From the NCBI RefSeq assembly GCF_003334305.1, contig NZ_QOWS01000034.1: a stretch of 35,359 nt of DNA; one strand, given 5' to 3'. The notes below the pieces were generated by a model, which worked only from the letters and a program-made list of their open reading frames with translations, searched no databases and was not told where the DNA came from. Shown here piece by piece: positions 11,631 through 21,464 of this stretch (position 1 is the stretch's first letter; the number at the start of each line of letters is the position of its first letter). This DNA is from Escherichia coli (lineage in GTDB: Bacteria > Pseudomonadota > Gammaproteobacteria > Enterobacterales > Enterobacteriaceae). The translations under genes and the position numbers were made by a program.

Positions 11631-12983
11631 TTATTTTTCGGCCGTGGTACCGGTTGCCGCCTCTGGCATGACGTTATTCTTCAGCAGCAGCCAGCGGCTT
11701 AACACGCCTTCGAGTCGCTCATTAATTTGTTTTTCCAGCGCATCTGTATTCTGCTTCTGCGCACGGGCATCATGGTACTGCGTCAACAGAGACTCAACGG
11801 GTGTTTCCTGCCCCAGTCCCCGCTCCGCCTGCCAGATGACATTTTTGATATAGGAAAGGGTTAGTCCCTCTTTCTCGCGCTGCATCACTAGATCTGCAAA
11901 AGCATGTAAGTCCTGGCGGGTCTGCAACCAGCCACGCAACTGCGGGCTACTCTGTGCGCGGGTTTTGAGTGCCTCATTCCATTGTGTCGAGGCCTGTTGC
12001 TGTTGCAGGCTTTCCGGCCAGCGACTGTCGGCAACACGCATCATCTGCATCCCGGTTTCCAGCGGCTGTACCGGGGAGGTATCAAGAAGTTGTTGCAGCC
12101 TGCGCTCATAGTTTTCGAGTTCAGGTGAGGCCATCCACACCGTTGCTGCGCCCTGAGCGGTGTCGTTAACCTGTAACAGTTGCTGCTGCACCGGATAGAC
12201 CTGCCACCACCACAATGCTGAGGCGACAGCCACTGAACAGGCGATCCCTGCGATAAACCCTCTTACCGTACTGCCTTGATTTATCACACTGGCCTGTGGG
12301 GGATTCTCTGTCAGACTGCGAACTTCCACTTTCATCTCAGGCAGGCCGGGCAGGGGAGGCACTACCGCTTCTGGTGTGGAAGATGCCTGTGTTTCCGGGG
12401 CATAAATCAGCGTTCTGACCGTGGTCTGTGCGGCGTTCTCAGTGTTACTCTTCAGCTGGGGTCCAAGCCGTTTACGCGTGTTCTGCATAAAATAGAGCAG
12501 ATTCTCCACGCGCGGAACGCGCTTCAGTTCCACCTGCTGGAGCTTATCGCAGATAAGCTGCAATGCCCGCTCTGTGCGGTAGATCAGTGGTAGGTCGGAT
12601 TCCGCAAAGGAGATTTGCTGACGCAGAATATTGCCGGTTCGGGAGTTAAACCAGTCCAGCATTTCAGTACGCGCCGGGCCGCCCTGCGGCCAGAACTTAT
12701 CCCAGTCGTGGCTTACCATTGCCGCCAGCAGTTCCGCACCTTCGCAGAATCCCGCCAGTCCCTGTGTCCGTGTCCGGGCAAGCGTATAGTAGGTGGCGGT
12801 GTGTAAATCCACACCGTTGGCTTTAAAAATCGCCAGCGCCAGCGACTCCACCAGTTTCCAGTTCAGCTCAGGCTGTGACGGGTGGCTGGCTTTGTTTATT
12901 TCCTCGCGGATGGCGCTGAATTCCGGCAGCCCGCGCGGGTCACTGCCGGTAACGATAGTTTGTGTCAGTACGTTACTATTCAT
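11631..12983 (-). CDS. T6SS accessory membrane protein with ImpA_N-like N-terminal domain (VasL-like)
   Basis: N-terminal region resembles the ImpA-N/TssA family. Central hydrophobic segment (FIAGIACSVAVASALWWW). Start trimmed to the ATG at 12981..12983, which has a GGAGG ribosome-binding site and sits 10 bp after the tssM stop; the track ORF over-extends into tssM. Confidence 0.55.
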   Translation of the reverse strand: MNSNVLTQTIVTGSDPRGLPEFSAIREEINKASHPSQPELNWKLVESLALAIFKANGVDLHTATYYTLARTRTQGLAGFCEGAELLAAMVSHDWDKFWPQGGPARTEMLDWFNSRTGNILRQQISFAESDLPLIYRTERALQLICDKLQQVELKRVPRVENLLYFMQNTRKRLGPQLKSNTENAAQTTVRTLIYAPETQASSTPEAVVPPLPGLPEMKVEVRSLTENPPQASVINQGSTVRGFIAGIACSVAVASALWWWQVYPVQQQLLQVNDTAQGAATVWMASPELENYERRLQQLLDTSPVQPLETGMQMMRVADSRWPESLQQQQASTQWNEALKTRAQSSPQLRGWLQTRQDLHAFADLVMQREKEGLTLSYIKNVIWQAERGLGQETPVESLLTQYHDARAQKQNTDALEKQINERLEGVLSRWLLLKNNVMPEAATGTTAEK

Positions 12984-12993
12984 CCCTGCCTCC

Positions 12994-15900
12994 TCAGTAC
13001 AGTGTGTCTGACAGACCAAACTGGCTGAACAACCCACCGCTGAACGGGTTATCTTCCGTGTCGGTATGCACACGGTAGGTCATCGCGCCACCGTCCACGC
13101 TAAAGCGCACGGTAAAGTTGCCATCCTGTACTCCGGTCAGTTGTCCGGCCCCGAACAGGCGGAACTGCGCCCACGGCCCGCTGAAGCTGATACTGCGCGG
13201 CGCGTTGCCGCTGGTGCCGATGAGCGTCAGCTTACTTTCGTTGCCTTCGCGCATGTTGTTAGGCCAGACCAGATGGGCGGTATAGTTACGGCCCTGGCTG
13301 TAATCGACTAACTGACCGTCAAGGTTCAGTACACTGCGGCGTTTATTGCCTGAAAGCGATACCGTTTCCACGGCAAAGGATGTTCCCAGACCGTTCTGTT
13401 TGCTGAAGAAGATGTCACGGATTTTCTGCGCAGTTTCCAGTTGCGCAATAATATCTTCGCGAATAATGACGTTGTTATCGCCATCCTCCAGACTCAGGTC
13501 ATTATCGATAAACAGCTTCAGGTTCTGCTGGTAGAAGGTATCCAGTATGCCATCCGGTTTAAAGAAGCGTTCGAAGGCATCCAGTGAGGCATCCTGTGCA
13601 GAACGCGGATTAAACGGATAGTTATTTGCCAGTTGCTCGTTAAACGGTTTCACCACGCTGTCGCGCCAGTCCACTTCCATATAATGAACAGCCTCCACCA
13701 TCACCACATGCCAGGCCTGGTCAGCCAGCCTGCCAACCCAGCGGTTGAGCGGAGCAGGCAGCGTTTTTGCCATCTGGCGGGTGGCGAATATCGGATCGCT
13801 GCTGTTCTGATCAAGCCGTAACTGCACGGCTTTCAGCGCCGATTTCCCTGGTACAGGCGCGTTCTGGATTGCCAGCAGGTAGCGGTGCAACTCGGTGAGT
13901 TGCTGATACACGGCCTGCATCGTGCTTTCTTTGTCTTTCTGTACTGCCAGGGTACTGTTTTCCGGGGCGAATTCATGCCCGAGGCGGGTGAGTAACTGGT
14001 AATCCGGCTCTGCCAGGGCTTCCTCCCGTTCTTTGGCAGAGAGTTTTTCAGAAAAGACGCCTGGCTGTGTGTTGTCACGCAGCACGGTCAGCGCCCGCTG
14101 CAAAGGCTGGTCGCCGCTGATAACCTGCTCCAGCGCCCCGGTCAGTTGTCCGATGGACTCAAAATTGCGGATATTCAGATTGTCCATCCCAGCCCGCCAG
14201 GTGGCGGTGTAGTCGCTGATATACTGCTCGGTCAACTGGTGCTGGATTTCCGCACGGTCGGCGTCACTGTATTTCACATTGCGGGTGAGGTTAAGTACCC
14301 AGGAATCCATCGCTGTCAGTTCAACCAGTTCATCGCGCTGTTTTACAAAATAGCTTTGCAGGCCGTAGCGGGTGATAAACTGTGGAACAACCAGTTTGTT
14401 GTCATCGGCAGATGTAAACACCTGGTCAAAGGTTGGCCCTACCTGGTCACGCAGATTGAGGTCGGCAGGAAGAACGCCCAGCGCCCGCGTTTTCAGGCTC
14501 TGGTAAACCCGCTGGTAGACAGGCAGTTTGCTCAGTTCTTTCTGTGCTGATACCACGGGCTTGTCATATGGCGTCCAGCGGCTGATGGCGTCACCGTCGC
14601 CCGCCTGACGCTCTGCATGCCAGTCAGTATGAGCCAGCGCGTAGTCAAGATGGGACATCAGTTGTGCCTGGATATCGCGCTGGCCGTGGAATTTTTCGCT
14701 CCAGCGTTTTGCCATATACTGCTTCACCACCTCATTGTTACGTCCGCTTTTGTCCTCCAGCATTCGCATTACGCGCAGCACCGCGAGTTTTTCTTCACTC
14801 TCCGGCGGCGCGGCGTTCATCGCTTTGACCAGCCCGTTAAACAGCGAGGGCAGGTAACGTTGCTCCAGCAGTTGCAGATAGGTCTGTTCCACATAAGGCC
14901 CGATACGTCGTCCCTGGTACAGTCCCATATCGGCCAGACGGCTGCGGTCGCCCCAGTCGCCATAGGCCAGTGTGGCATCGCGTACCGGGTTCAGGAGCGG
15001 CAGTTGCAGGTTGCCAAAGTCATCTTCCCCCTGCGGAGGCGGCACGTCCATAAAGGCTTTGGCCTGCTTAAGCACGGTGATGCCGGACTGATAGTTACCG
15101 TTGTAATAGTGATGCCAGCCGGTGATGAGCAGCAGTGCTGCCACGCCGCCTGTGGCAGAGAAAACCGTCAGGCGGCGACGGGAACGTATCAGCCAGGCGC
15201 GGCTCTCTGTTGCCAGATTAGGCTCTGCGAGTAATGCCTGCGGGAACAGGCTGCGGGTGAAATAAGGCGCGGTGTCCACCAGGGGCCAGGACGCCAGTGG
15301 GTTATTGCCCAGCCGGTACTGGCGGGCGGCAGACTGGGTGAATATATCATCCATCTGCCCACGCTGAAGCGAAGAGGTGAGATAGACACCACGCAGCATA
15401 ACGTTCATATTTTCGCCATCAAGCAGACCCTCAAGCAGTGACACCAGCGGTTCACGGCTTCCCTGCATCTGGCGGGAAAAACTGAATAAAGACGCGCGGG
15501 TGTGAGTCTGAGCGACCATCAGATCCGGCAACGCCAGATTCATTCGATCCACCCATGTCTGCCAGAAAGCATTCAACTCTGTTCGCCAGTCATCATTTTC
15601 ATGGGCACGGCGGGTGAACGTGACGCCCAGAATCGCATCGCGATCCTGTCTGTTGAGTGACTGGAACAGGGCGGCAAAACCCTGTAATAAATCAAGCCGG
15701 GTCAGTACCACGTAAACCGGTAACTGGCAGTGAAGATGCTGGCGTATATCCTGTAAGCGGCTGCGCAGCGTCTGTAACAGATGCTCGCGGCGGCGTTTGT
15801 CTGCGGTCAGCAGATCGGGTAAATCGAGTGTCAGAATAATCCCGTTCAGCGGCTGGCGCGCGCGCTTTTCTTTCAGCCAGCCGAGGGCATGTTCCCACAG

Positions 15901-16518
15901 ACGGCGATGCAGGATATCCGCATCAGCGGGAGCGCAGAGTGTGCCGTCGATATCAAAGATCACCGCCTGTTTACCGACATGGGGCGTGAGGTACAGGCGT
16001 TGTTCTGCGCCGCGTGCGCCCTCCGGGGCATAAATAATGTCGGACGGAAACCCCTCGCGCAGCAGTGTCGTTTTGCCACTGCCCGCCGGGCCGATGACCA
16101 TATACCACGGCAACTGCCACAGGAAACGGCGGTTGTCGAGATGGCGTTGCAGGCGCAGCAGCCAGCGGTCGAGGTAACGCTGCTGGGCGTTCAGTTCCAC
16201 ACTGAGCGGATCAATGGCTTCCTCGCGCTGTTGTTTTTGCTGTTTTTCAAGCTGTTGCAGGCGCTTCATTACCCGGACGGTAAGCCACACCAGGGCAATA
16301 ATCCCCCACGCCGCCGTTGCCAGCCAGCGGTTCGCCAGTGGTTTGAGCCACTGCTCTTCATACAGCGTCCACGTCGGGCCTTTCCACCAGATCCAAACCA
16401 GCAGGAAAATCCACGCCAGTATCAGCAGCCAGAATGCAGAGACTTTAAATCGGGGCATCGCCGGGCGCAGGGCTGATTTGAGTCCGCTGAATAGTCGGGG
16501 TGTTGGTAATCTGAACAC
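12994..16518 (-). CDS. tssM: T6SS membrane complex protein TssM (IcmF family)
   Basis: 1174-aa ORF with N-terminal transmembrane segments, a Walker A P-loop (GPAGSGKTTLL) and a long periplasmic C-terminal region. Position and size typical of IcmF/TssM. Confidence 0.9.
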   Translation of the reverse strand: MFRLPTPRLFSGLKSALRPAMPRFKVSAFWLLILAWIFLLVWIWWKGPTWTLYEEQWLKPLANRWLATAAWGIIALVWLTVRVMKRLQQLEKQQKQQREEAIDPLSVELNAQQRYLDRWLLRLQRHLDNRRFLWQLPWYMVIGPAGSGKTTLLREGFPSDIIYAPEGARGAEQRLYLTPHVGKQAVIFDIDGTLCAPADADILHRRLWEHALGWLKEKRARQPLNGIILTLDLPDLLTADKRRREHLLQTLRSRLQDIRQHLHCQLPVYVVLTRLDLLQGFAALFQSLNRQDRDAILGVTFTRRAHENDDWRTELNAFWQTWVDRMNLALPDLMVAQTHTRASLFSFSRQMQGSREPLVSLLEGLLDGENMNVMLRGVYLTSSLQRGQMDDIFTQSAARQYRLGNNPLASWPLVDTAPYFTRSLFPQALLAEPNLATESRAWLIRSRRRLTVFSATGGVAALLLITGWHHYYNGNYQSGITVLKQAKAFMDVPPPQGEDDFGNLQLPLLNPVRDATLAYGDWGDRSRLADMGLYQGRRIGPYVEQTYLQLLEQRYLPSLFNGLVKAMNAAPPESEEKLAVLRVMRMLEDKSGRNNEVVKQYMAKRWSEKFHGQRDIQAQLMSHLDYALAHTDWHAERQAGDGDAISRWTPYDKPVVSAQKELSKLPVYQRVYQSLKTRALGVLPADLNLRDQVGPTFDQVFTSADDNKLVVPQFITRYGLQSYFVKQRDELVELTAMDSWVLNLTRNVKYSDADRAEIQHQLTEQYISDYTATWRAGMDNLNIRNFESIGQLTGALEQVISGDQPLQRALTVLRDNTQPGVFSEKLSAKEREEALAEPDYQLLTRLGHEFAPENSTLAVQKDKESTMQAVYQQLTELHRYLLAIQNAPVPGKSALKAVQLRLDQNSSDPIFATRQMAKTLPAPLNRWVGRLADQAWHVVMVEAVHYMEVDWRDSVVKPFNEQLANNYPFNPRSAQDASLDAFERFFKPDGILDTFYQQNLKLFIDNDLSLEDGDNNVIIREDIIAQLETAQKIRDIFFSKQNGLGTSFAVETVSLSGNKRRSVLNLDGQLVDYSQGRNYTAHLVWPNNMREGNESKLTLIGTSGNAPRSISFSGPWAQFRLFGAGQLTGVQDGNFTVRFSVDGGAMTYRVHTDTEDNPFSGGLFSQFGLSDTLY

Positions 16519-16536
16519 AAAAACTCCTGTTCTCTT

Positions 16537-17952
16537 TTATTGTTCTGCCGTGAATTTTTGTTCTAGCTGCTCAAGCAGGGACGGCTCCCAGTCTGCCACC
16601 ATCATCTGCAATCCCATCCTGAACAACATCCTGTACTGCTGTTGCGCAAGCTGTACCAGCCCCGCCTCTTCCATAAGCTGCGCGCCAAAATACTGCCGGT
16701 GGAACTGGTCGCGGGGTTCACCGGCGGGTAACGTATCCAGATACCGTAAGGCGGCTTCCAGCCCCTGCTCATCAAAACACAACCGCGCAGCCTGAATATC
16801 TTCATTACTCACCTGTATGACTGGCGCGGACTGGTTACCTGGCTGATTTGCAAGCCATTGCTTCGTTTTTTCAGAAACAAACGGTGTGTGGTCGTTAAAC
16901 AGAAGATCAGCGAGCGCGGGCAGACGGCCAAGAAAGGAAACGACTTCATCGCGGATGGCATCGGCTACAGCGGTATAACCAAGACGGTGCGCCGTCTGTG
17001 CAGAAATGTAGTGACCGTCCAGCCAGTAGGGTGCCAGCAGTACGCTTTTTTCCACCTGCTGCCACAGCTCCATATCCGCGCTGGCAAGCCGGGACTGGTA
17101 ATCCGCCACCATATCGGCAGAGACCGCAGCCAGTGGAGTACGTCTATCGCTTTCCGCCTGGGGCGTACTGGTGATGGTTAGCCACAGGGCATGGCGACGC
17201 AGGCGATAGCCCTGCGGCGATTCCGGTTGGCGCTCGCATAAAATGGCCGCCACTTTTAACAGTGTGTCGCGCCAGGTTTTGTCGTCGTGACTGTCGATGG
17301 CGATCTGTGGAGTCGGAGTACTGGTATGCGTCACGCCGCTTTCAGACGTGGCGATCGTCTGTGGTGAACTACTGGAGGCCGCCGGAGTGGGGGCTGGAGC
17401 CGGTGCCGCACGATTAAACGCACGCTGGTAAAGGGCAAAAAGATCATCAGTAGCCTGTGCTAGTTCCGGGGCATTATGTGACTGCCAGCATTGCGCCAGT
17501 TTCGCCAGTTCACCTAGCAGCGCATCGCGCTGCGCTGTGGCGGCGTTCTGTGAAAAAGCGTCAATACCTGTTTCGAAGCGTTTAATAACCTGGCTGGCAA
17601 AGCGTTTTTTATGTGCCATATTCTGCGGCGCGGCTACCGCCCAGTAATGCTCCACATACAGCGCCAGCAGGCGCAAGGCCAGGAGCGGATCACCGGCATG
17701 TTGCAGGGTTCTCAGCAGATGCGCCAGCAGGCGAAAATCCTTACTCTCCGAAGCCAGAAGGACCAGTCCCCGGTGCTGGAGTTCAGGGATATCCAGCTGG
17801 CTGTGCGCCAGCGATCCCAGTTTGACAATCCCACCGTCGATATACTCCCAGTCCGGGTTGTCGTCCTTCAGCGCCGATGCCAGTTTCTCTTCCGGCAGGT
17901 TTTCCAGCAGGTGCGATACCCAGACATTCGGATCGCGTAAGTCCATTGCCAT
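16537..17952 (-). CDS. tssA: T6SS protein TssA (ImpA family)
   Basis: About 470-aa product. Size, soluble character and position next to tssM fit TssA. Start placed at the ATG at 17950..17952, just after the stop of the upstream gene; the ATG at 17946 is an alternative. Confidence 0.7.
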   Translation of the reverse strand: MAMDLRDPNVWVSHLLENLPEEKLASALKDDNPDWEYIDGGIVKLGSLAHSQLDIPELQHRGLVLLASESKDFRLLAHLLRTLQHAGDPLLALRLLALYVEHYWAVAAPQNMAHKKRFASQVIKRFETGIDAFSQNAATAQRDALLGELAKLAQCWQSHNAPELAQATDDLFALYQRAFNRAAPAPAPTPAASSSSPQTIATSESGVTHTSTPTPQIAIDSHDDKTWRDTLLKVAAILCERQPESPQGYRLRRHALWLTITSTPQAESDRRTPLAAVSADMVADYQSRLASADMELWQQVEKSVLLAPYWLDGHYISAQTAHRLGYTAVADAIRDEVVSFLGRLPALADLLFNDHTPFVSEKTKQWLANQPGNQSAPVIQVSNEDIQAARLCFDEQGLEAALRYLDTLPAGEPRDQFHRQYFGAQLMEEAGLVQLAQQQYRMLFRMGLQMMVADWEPSLLEQLEQKFTAEQ

Positions 17953-17956
17953 ATTT

Positions 17957-18700
17957 TTATTCTCCCGCCCAGTGGCAGGCATCGCGCAGGGGAGCAATCG
18001 CCCTTGCCAGCCCGTCAATGTTAAAGGTCAGCTTTCCGGCGGCGTTGTCTGCGCCGGTATCCACCATCAGCGTTTTTGCGCCGAACAGTTGCTTAATTTC
18101 ATCAATCCCGGACAGCCCCCGGCTGGATTCCAGCAGAGTGCCGTTCTCGCGCACAAACCAGTGGCTGCGCAATGCCCGGCTGTCGGCATTCAGGGTGACG
18201 GCGATATCATGAACATCCAGAGGGTGCATCAGCGCCACCTGCATCCGGGTGATATTGTCCACGCAACTGAACATCAGCACCGGGCGCGGCGGAACATGGC
18301 CGATAGCCGGGGTGGTTATCACCACCGTCGGGCGTTCCCCCGGCACCTGCGTCACCAGCAGCTCTGTGGTGTTGCCCTGGCGGCGTTTTTCCTGCTCCGT
18401 AGCGCGGGTCCAGGCTTCGCCCACAAAGCTGGCTTTGACCAGTGCCCCGTTAAATCCTGACGGGGACAGTGGTGCCAGCAGGCGGTCGTAACAGTCAAGC
18501 CGCTCCAGCGCCGCCGTCTCCTGCCGACAGGACTGCATGGCATGTAACGTGGCAGTCGCATCCGGCGGGGTCGCAGTGGCGACGGCTACCTCCACACCGG
18601 CCAGTGACGATGTTTCTGCGGGCGCGGCACTGGCGGGTAAGCCCGCCACCAGGCCTGCGATAAACCATCCTGTCTGCCGGAAAACGCGCAACCTGCTCAT
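17957..18700 (-). CDS. T6SS-associated exported protein (VasI/TagO-like)
   Basis: 247-aa ORF with an N-terminal signal-peptide-like segment (GWFIAGLVAGLPASAAPA). Start overlaps the clpV stop by 4 bp. Family assignment is from memory and tentative. Confidence 0.5.
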   Translation of the reverse strand: MSRLRVFRQTGWFIAGLVAGLPASAAPAETSSLAGVEVAVATATPPDATATLHAMQSCRQETAALERLDCYDRLLAPLSPSGFNGALVKASFVGEAWTRATEQEKRRQGNTTELLVTQVPGERPTVVITTPAIGHVPPRPVLMFSCVDNITRMQVALMHPLDVHDIAVTLNADSRALRSHWFVRENGTLLESSRGLSGIDEIKQLFGAKTLMVDTGADNAAGKLTFNIDGLARAIAPLRDACHWAGE

Positions 18701-21456
18701 AAATCCGTTTCATCCTCTGTGACAGACTCGTCGTCCAGAGCATCTTCCACGTCTGCCGTGAACGCGCCGTCTGCCGCCGACAGGCGGATGCGGGCAATCG
18801 CCGTGTTGGCCGCCATTTTCTGCAACAGCAGCAGCGAGAGCGGGGGCAGCATGTCGCCGTCAATGACGGACTCCAGCATCCTTGCGCCGTTTTCCGCGCG
18901 GGTGACGCGGCTCATGATCTCGTCCGTCACTTCCGACTCAATAATCACGTCCGCATCAAAGCGGCTGCGCAGCACGTTATCCAGGCGGGCCAGTTTCCCG
19001 TCGATAATGGTGGTGAGCGTCTCTTTCGACAGAGGCAGGTACGGCACCACTTCCATACGCGCCAGCAGGGCTGGTTTAAAGAAGTCCGCCAGCACCGGAT
19101 ACAGCACTTCCTGCATGGTTTCCGGGTCATCCGCGTGTTCAACAATCACCTGGTAACCAAGGTTGGAGGTGAGGAAGAAAACGATATTCTTACAGTCAAT
19201 CAGTCGGCCTTCGCCGTCTGCCATCTCGCCCTTGTCGAACGCCTGGTAGAACAGGTTGAGGACATCCGGGTGCGCTTTTTCCACTTCATCAAGCAGCACC
19301 ACCGAGTACGGTTTCTGGCGAATCGCTTCGGTCAGTACGCCGCCTTCGCCATAGCCGACATAGCCCGGAGGGGAGCCAATCAGCCGCGAGACGGTGTGTT
19401 TTTCCTGGAACTCGGACATATTGATGGTGGTCAGGTACTGGCGACCGCCGTAGAGCAGTTCTGCCAGTTGCAGGACGGTTTCGGTTTTACCCACGCCGCT
19501 GGGACCGGCCAGCAGAAACGCGCCGAGTGGGCGTCCCGGACGACGCAGGTCGGCGCGTGCAGTCAGCAGGTGTTTATGCAGGCTGGCAATCGCCAGGTCC
19601 TGGCCTTTGATGGTGTCACCCAGCCATACCGGCAGGTCGGTGATGACCGACATCTCATTCTGTGACAGGCGGTTAAGCGGTACGCCGGTCCATTCGGCAA
19701 TCACCGCCGCAATCTGTTTTTTATCGACGTGCGGGGAGACCAGCAACCGGTCGTTATGCAGGGCGTCCAGTTCGGCAGTGAGCTGTGCCAGTCGCTGCAC
19801 CGGGGAAACTGTTTCTGCGGTCTCTTCCGGCTGTTCGCTGCCAGCTTCATCAGCCAGTTTAGCACCGGTATTATCCTGTTCTGACTCTGGCTGCGTATCC
19901 TCCACGGTATCTGCGTCCGGCAACGGCGCCGCATCGTCCTCTGCCACGCCCAGTAACTGCTGGCGCAGCGCAATAATCTCCCGGACCAGCGTCTGCTGCT
20001 GGTGCCAGGCCGCTTCCAGTTCATCCAGCGCCGTCAGCGTTTCATCATACTGCACCAGCACCTCGGTCATCCGTGATGTGTCGGTACGCAGTCCGATGCG
20101 AAGCTCGCGCTCAAGCTGGCGAATTTCCGCCTCCTGCTGGTGGCTCAGAGTGGTCAGCGCCGAGATTTGCTTCGGCGGCGACGACAGGTTGATGGCCACA
20201 CGGGCGCAGGCGGTATCCAGCACATCAATCGCTTTGTCCGGTAACTGACGCCCGGAGAGATAACGCTCGCTTAATGTCGCAGCGGCCTGCAAGGCGTCAT
20301 CATCAATCAGCACGCCGTGAGACTGTTCATAGACCGCCGACAGACCGCGCAGAATAATGGTGGCTTCGGCAGCGTTGGGTTCGCTGACCTTCACCAACTG
20401 GAAGCGGCGCGACAGGGCGGCATCTTTTTCGAAGTATTTTTTGTACTCGCTCCAGGTGGTGGCGGCGATGGTTTTCAGCTCGCCGCGCGCCAGCGCCGGT
20501 TTGAGCAGGTTGGAGATATCCAGCCCGCCCTGCTGGTTGCCCGCGCCAATCAGGGTATGTGCTTCGTCGATAAACAGAATGACCGGCACCGGGGAGGAAA
20601 TGACCTCCGCCATCAGCCCTTTGAAACGTTTTTCGAATTCACCCTTCACCGACGCTCCGGCCTGCAATGCGCCCAAGTCAAGGGTCATGATATCGGTGTT
20701 TTTCAGCTTGTCCGGCACATGGCCTGCCACGATGCGCAGCGCCAGCCCTTCGATTAAGGCGCTTTTACCCACGCCTGCTTCGCCCACCACCACCGGGTTG
20801 TTCTTGCGGCGGCGGCAGAGAATGTCGATCATCAGGTCGATTTCGTGGTCGCGGCACAGTACCGGGTCAAGCCTGCCGTTACGGGCGTCTGCGGTCATGT
20901 TTTTGGCGTAGCGGGCAAGCAGGGTGTCAGCAGCGTCCGTCAGTGTGCCTGCGCCTTTACCGTCTGCATCCGGCACGACTGATTCCGCCGACTCCTGTGT
21001 CCATTGCACAAAGTCCTGTTGCAGACGGTCACGGTTAATGCCGGTCAACAGCCGGGCGGCAGCAGGCGGTATATAACGCAGCGGCGAATGCAGCAGGGCC
21101 AGCAGCAACACGCCGCCACGCAATTCGCTGTGCTGCATCTCAGCCGACGCCAGCAGCCAGCCCTCTTTCAGCCACTCAACCAGCATCGGGGAAAATGCCG
21201 GGTAGCTGTCCGCAGAACGGGCAGTTGTGTAGTTCTCCACCGTCAGCGCCTGGCGCAACTCTTCCATGCCAATATCGCCCTGGCGGGTAATAACCCGCAG
21301 GTCACTGCGTGGCATGGCGAGCATCTGAATAAGCACATGGCTGACGGTAATTTCCGCTGCCTGCTGGCTCATACATTCAGAGGCGGCCATCTCCAGCGCC
21401 TGGCGGGAGAACAGGTTAAGCCGTTTTACCAGCGTGGGAAGATCAATCTGGATCAT
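18697..21456 (-). CDS. clpV: T6SS AAA+ ATPase ClpV (TssH)
   Basis: Two AAA+ modules with Walker A motifs (GEAGVGKSA and GPSGVGKTE) and a ClpB-like middle region. Start trimmed to the ATG at 21454..21456 (MIQIDLPTLV), which has an AAGGA ribosome-binding site; the track ORF is over-extended. Confidence 0.9.
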   Translation of the reverse strand: MIQIDLPTLVKRLNLFSRQALEMAASECMSQQAAEITVSHVLIQMLAMPRSDLRVITRQGDIGMEELRQALTVENYTTARSADSYPAFSPMLVEWLKEGWLLASAEMQHSELRGGVLLLALLHSPLRYIPPAAARLLTGINRDRLQQDFVQWTQESAESVVPDADGKGAGTLTDAADTLLARYAKNMTADARNGRLDPVLCRDHEIDLMIDILCRRRKNNPVVVGEAGVGKSALIEGLALRIVAGHVPDKLKNTDIMTLDLGALQAGASVKGEFEKRFKGLMAEVISSPVPVILFIDEAHTLIGAGNQQGGLDISNLLKPALARGELKTIAATTWSEYKKYFEKDAALSRRFQLVKVSEPNAAEATIILRGLSAVYEQSHGVLIDDDALQAAATLSERYLSGRQLPDKAIDVLDTACARVAINLSSPPKQISALTTLSHQQEAEIRQLERELRIGLRTDTSRMTEVLVQYDETLTALDELEAAWHQQQTLVREIIALRQQLLGVAEDDAAPLPDADTVEDTQPESEQDNTGAKLADEAGSEQPEETAETVSPVQRLAQLTAELDALHNDRLLVSPHVDKKQIAAVIAEWTGVPLNRLSQNEMSVITDLPVWLGDTIKGQDLAIASLHKHLLTARADLRRPGRPLGAFLLAGPSGVGKTETVLQLAELLYGGRQYLTTINMSEFQEKHTVSRLIGSPPGYVGYGEGGVLTEAIRQKPYSVVLLDEVEKAHPDVLNLFYQAFDKGEMADGEGRLIDCKNIVFFLTSNLGYQVIVEHADDPETMQEVLYPVLADFFKPALLARMEVVPYLPLSKETLTTIIDGKLARLDNVLRSRFDADVIIESEVTDEIMSRVTRAENGARMLESVIDGDMLPPLSLLLLQKMAANTAIARIRLSAADGAFTADVEDALDDESVTEDETDL

Positions 21457-21464
21457 AAACGTCC

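Noticed and set aside
14617-15234. Long antisense ORFs inside tssM, with similar ones inside clpV (19607..20248), vgrG (32505..33392) and elsewhere
   Set aside because: These are typical stop-codon-poor antisense frames in GC-rich coding DNA, and each is fully embedded in a gene with clear family motifs on the opposite strand.
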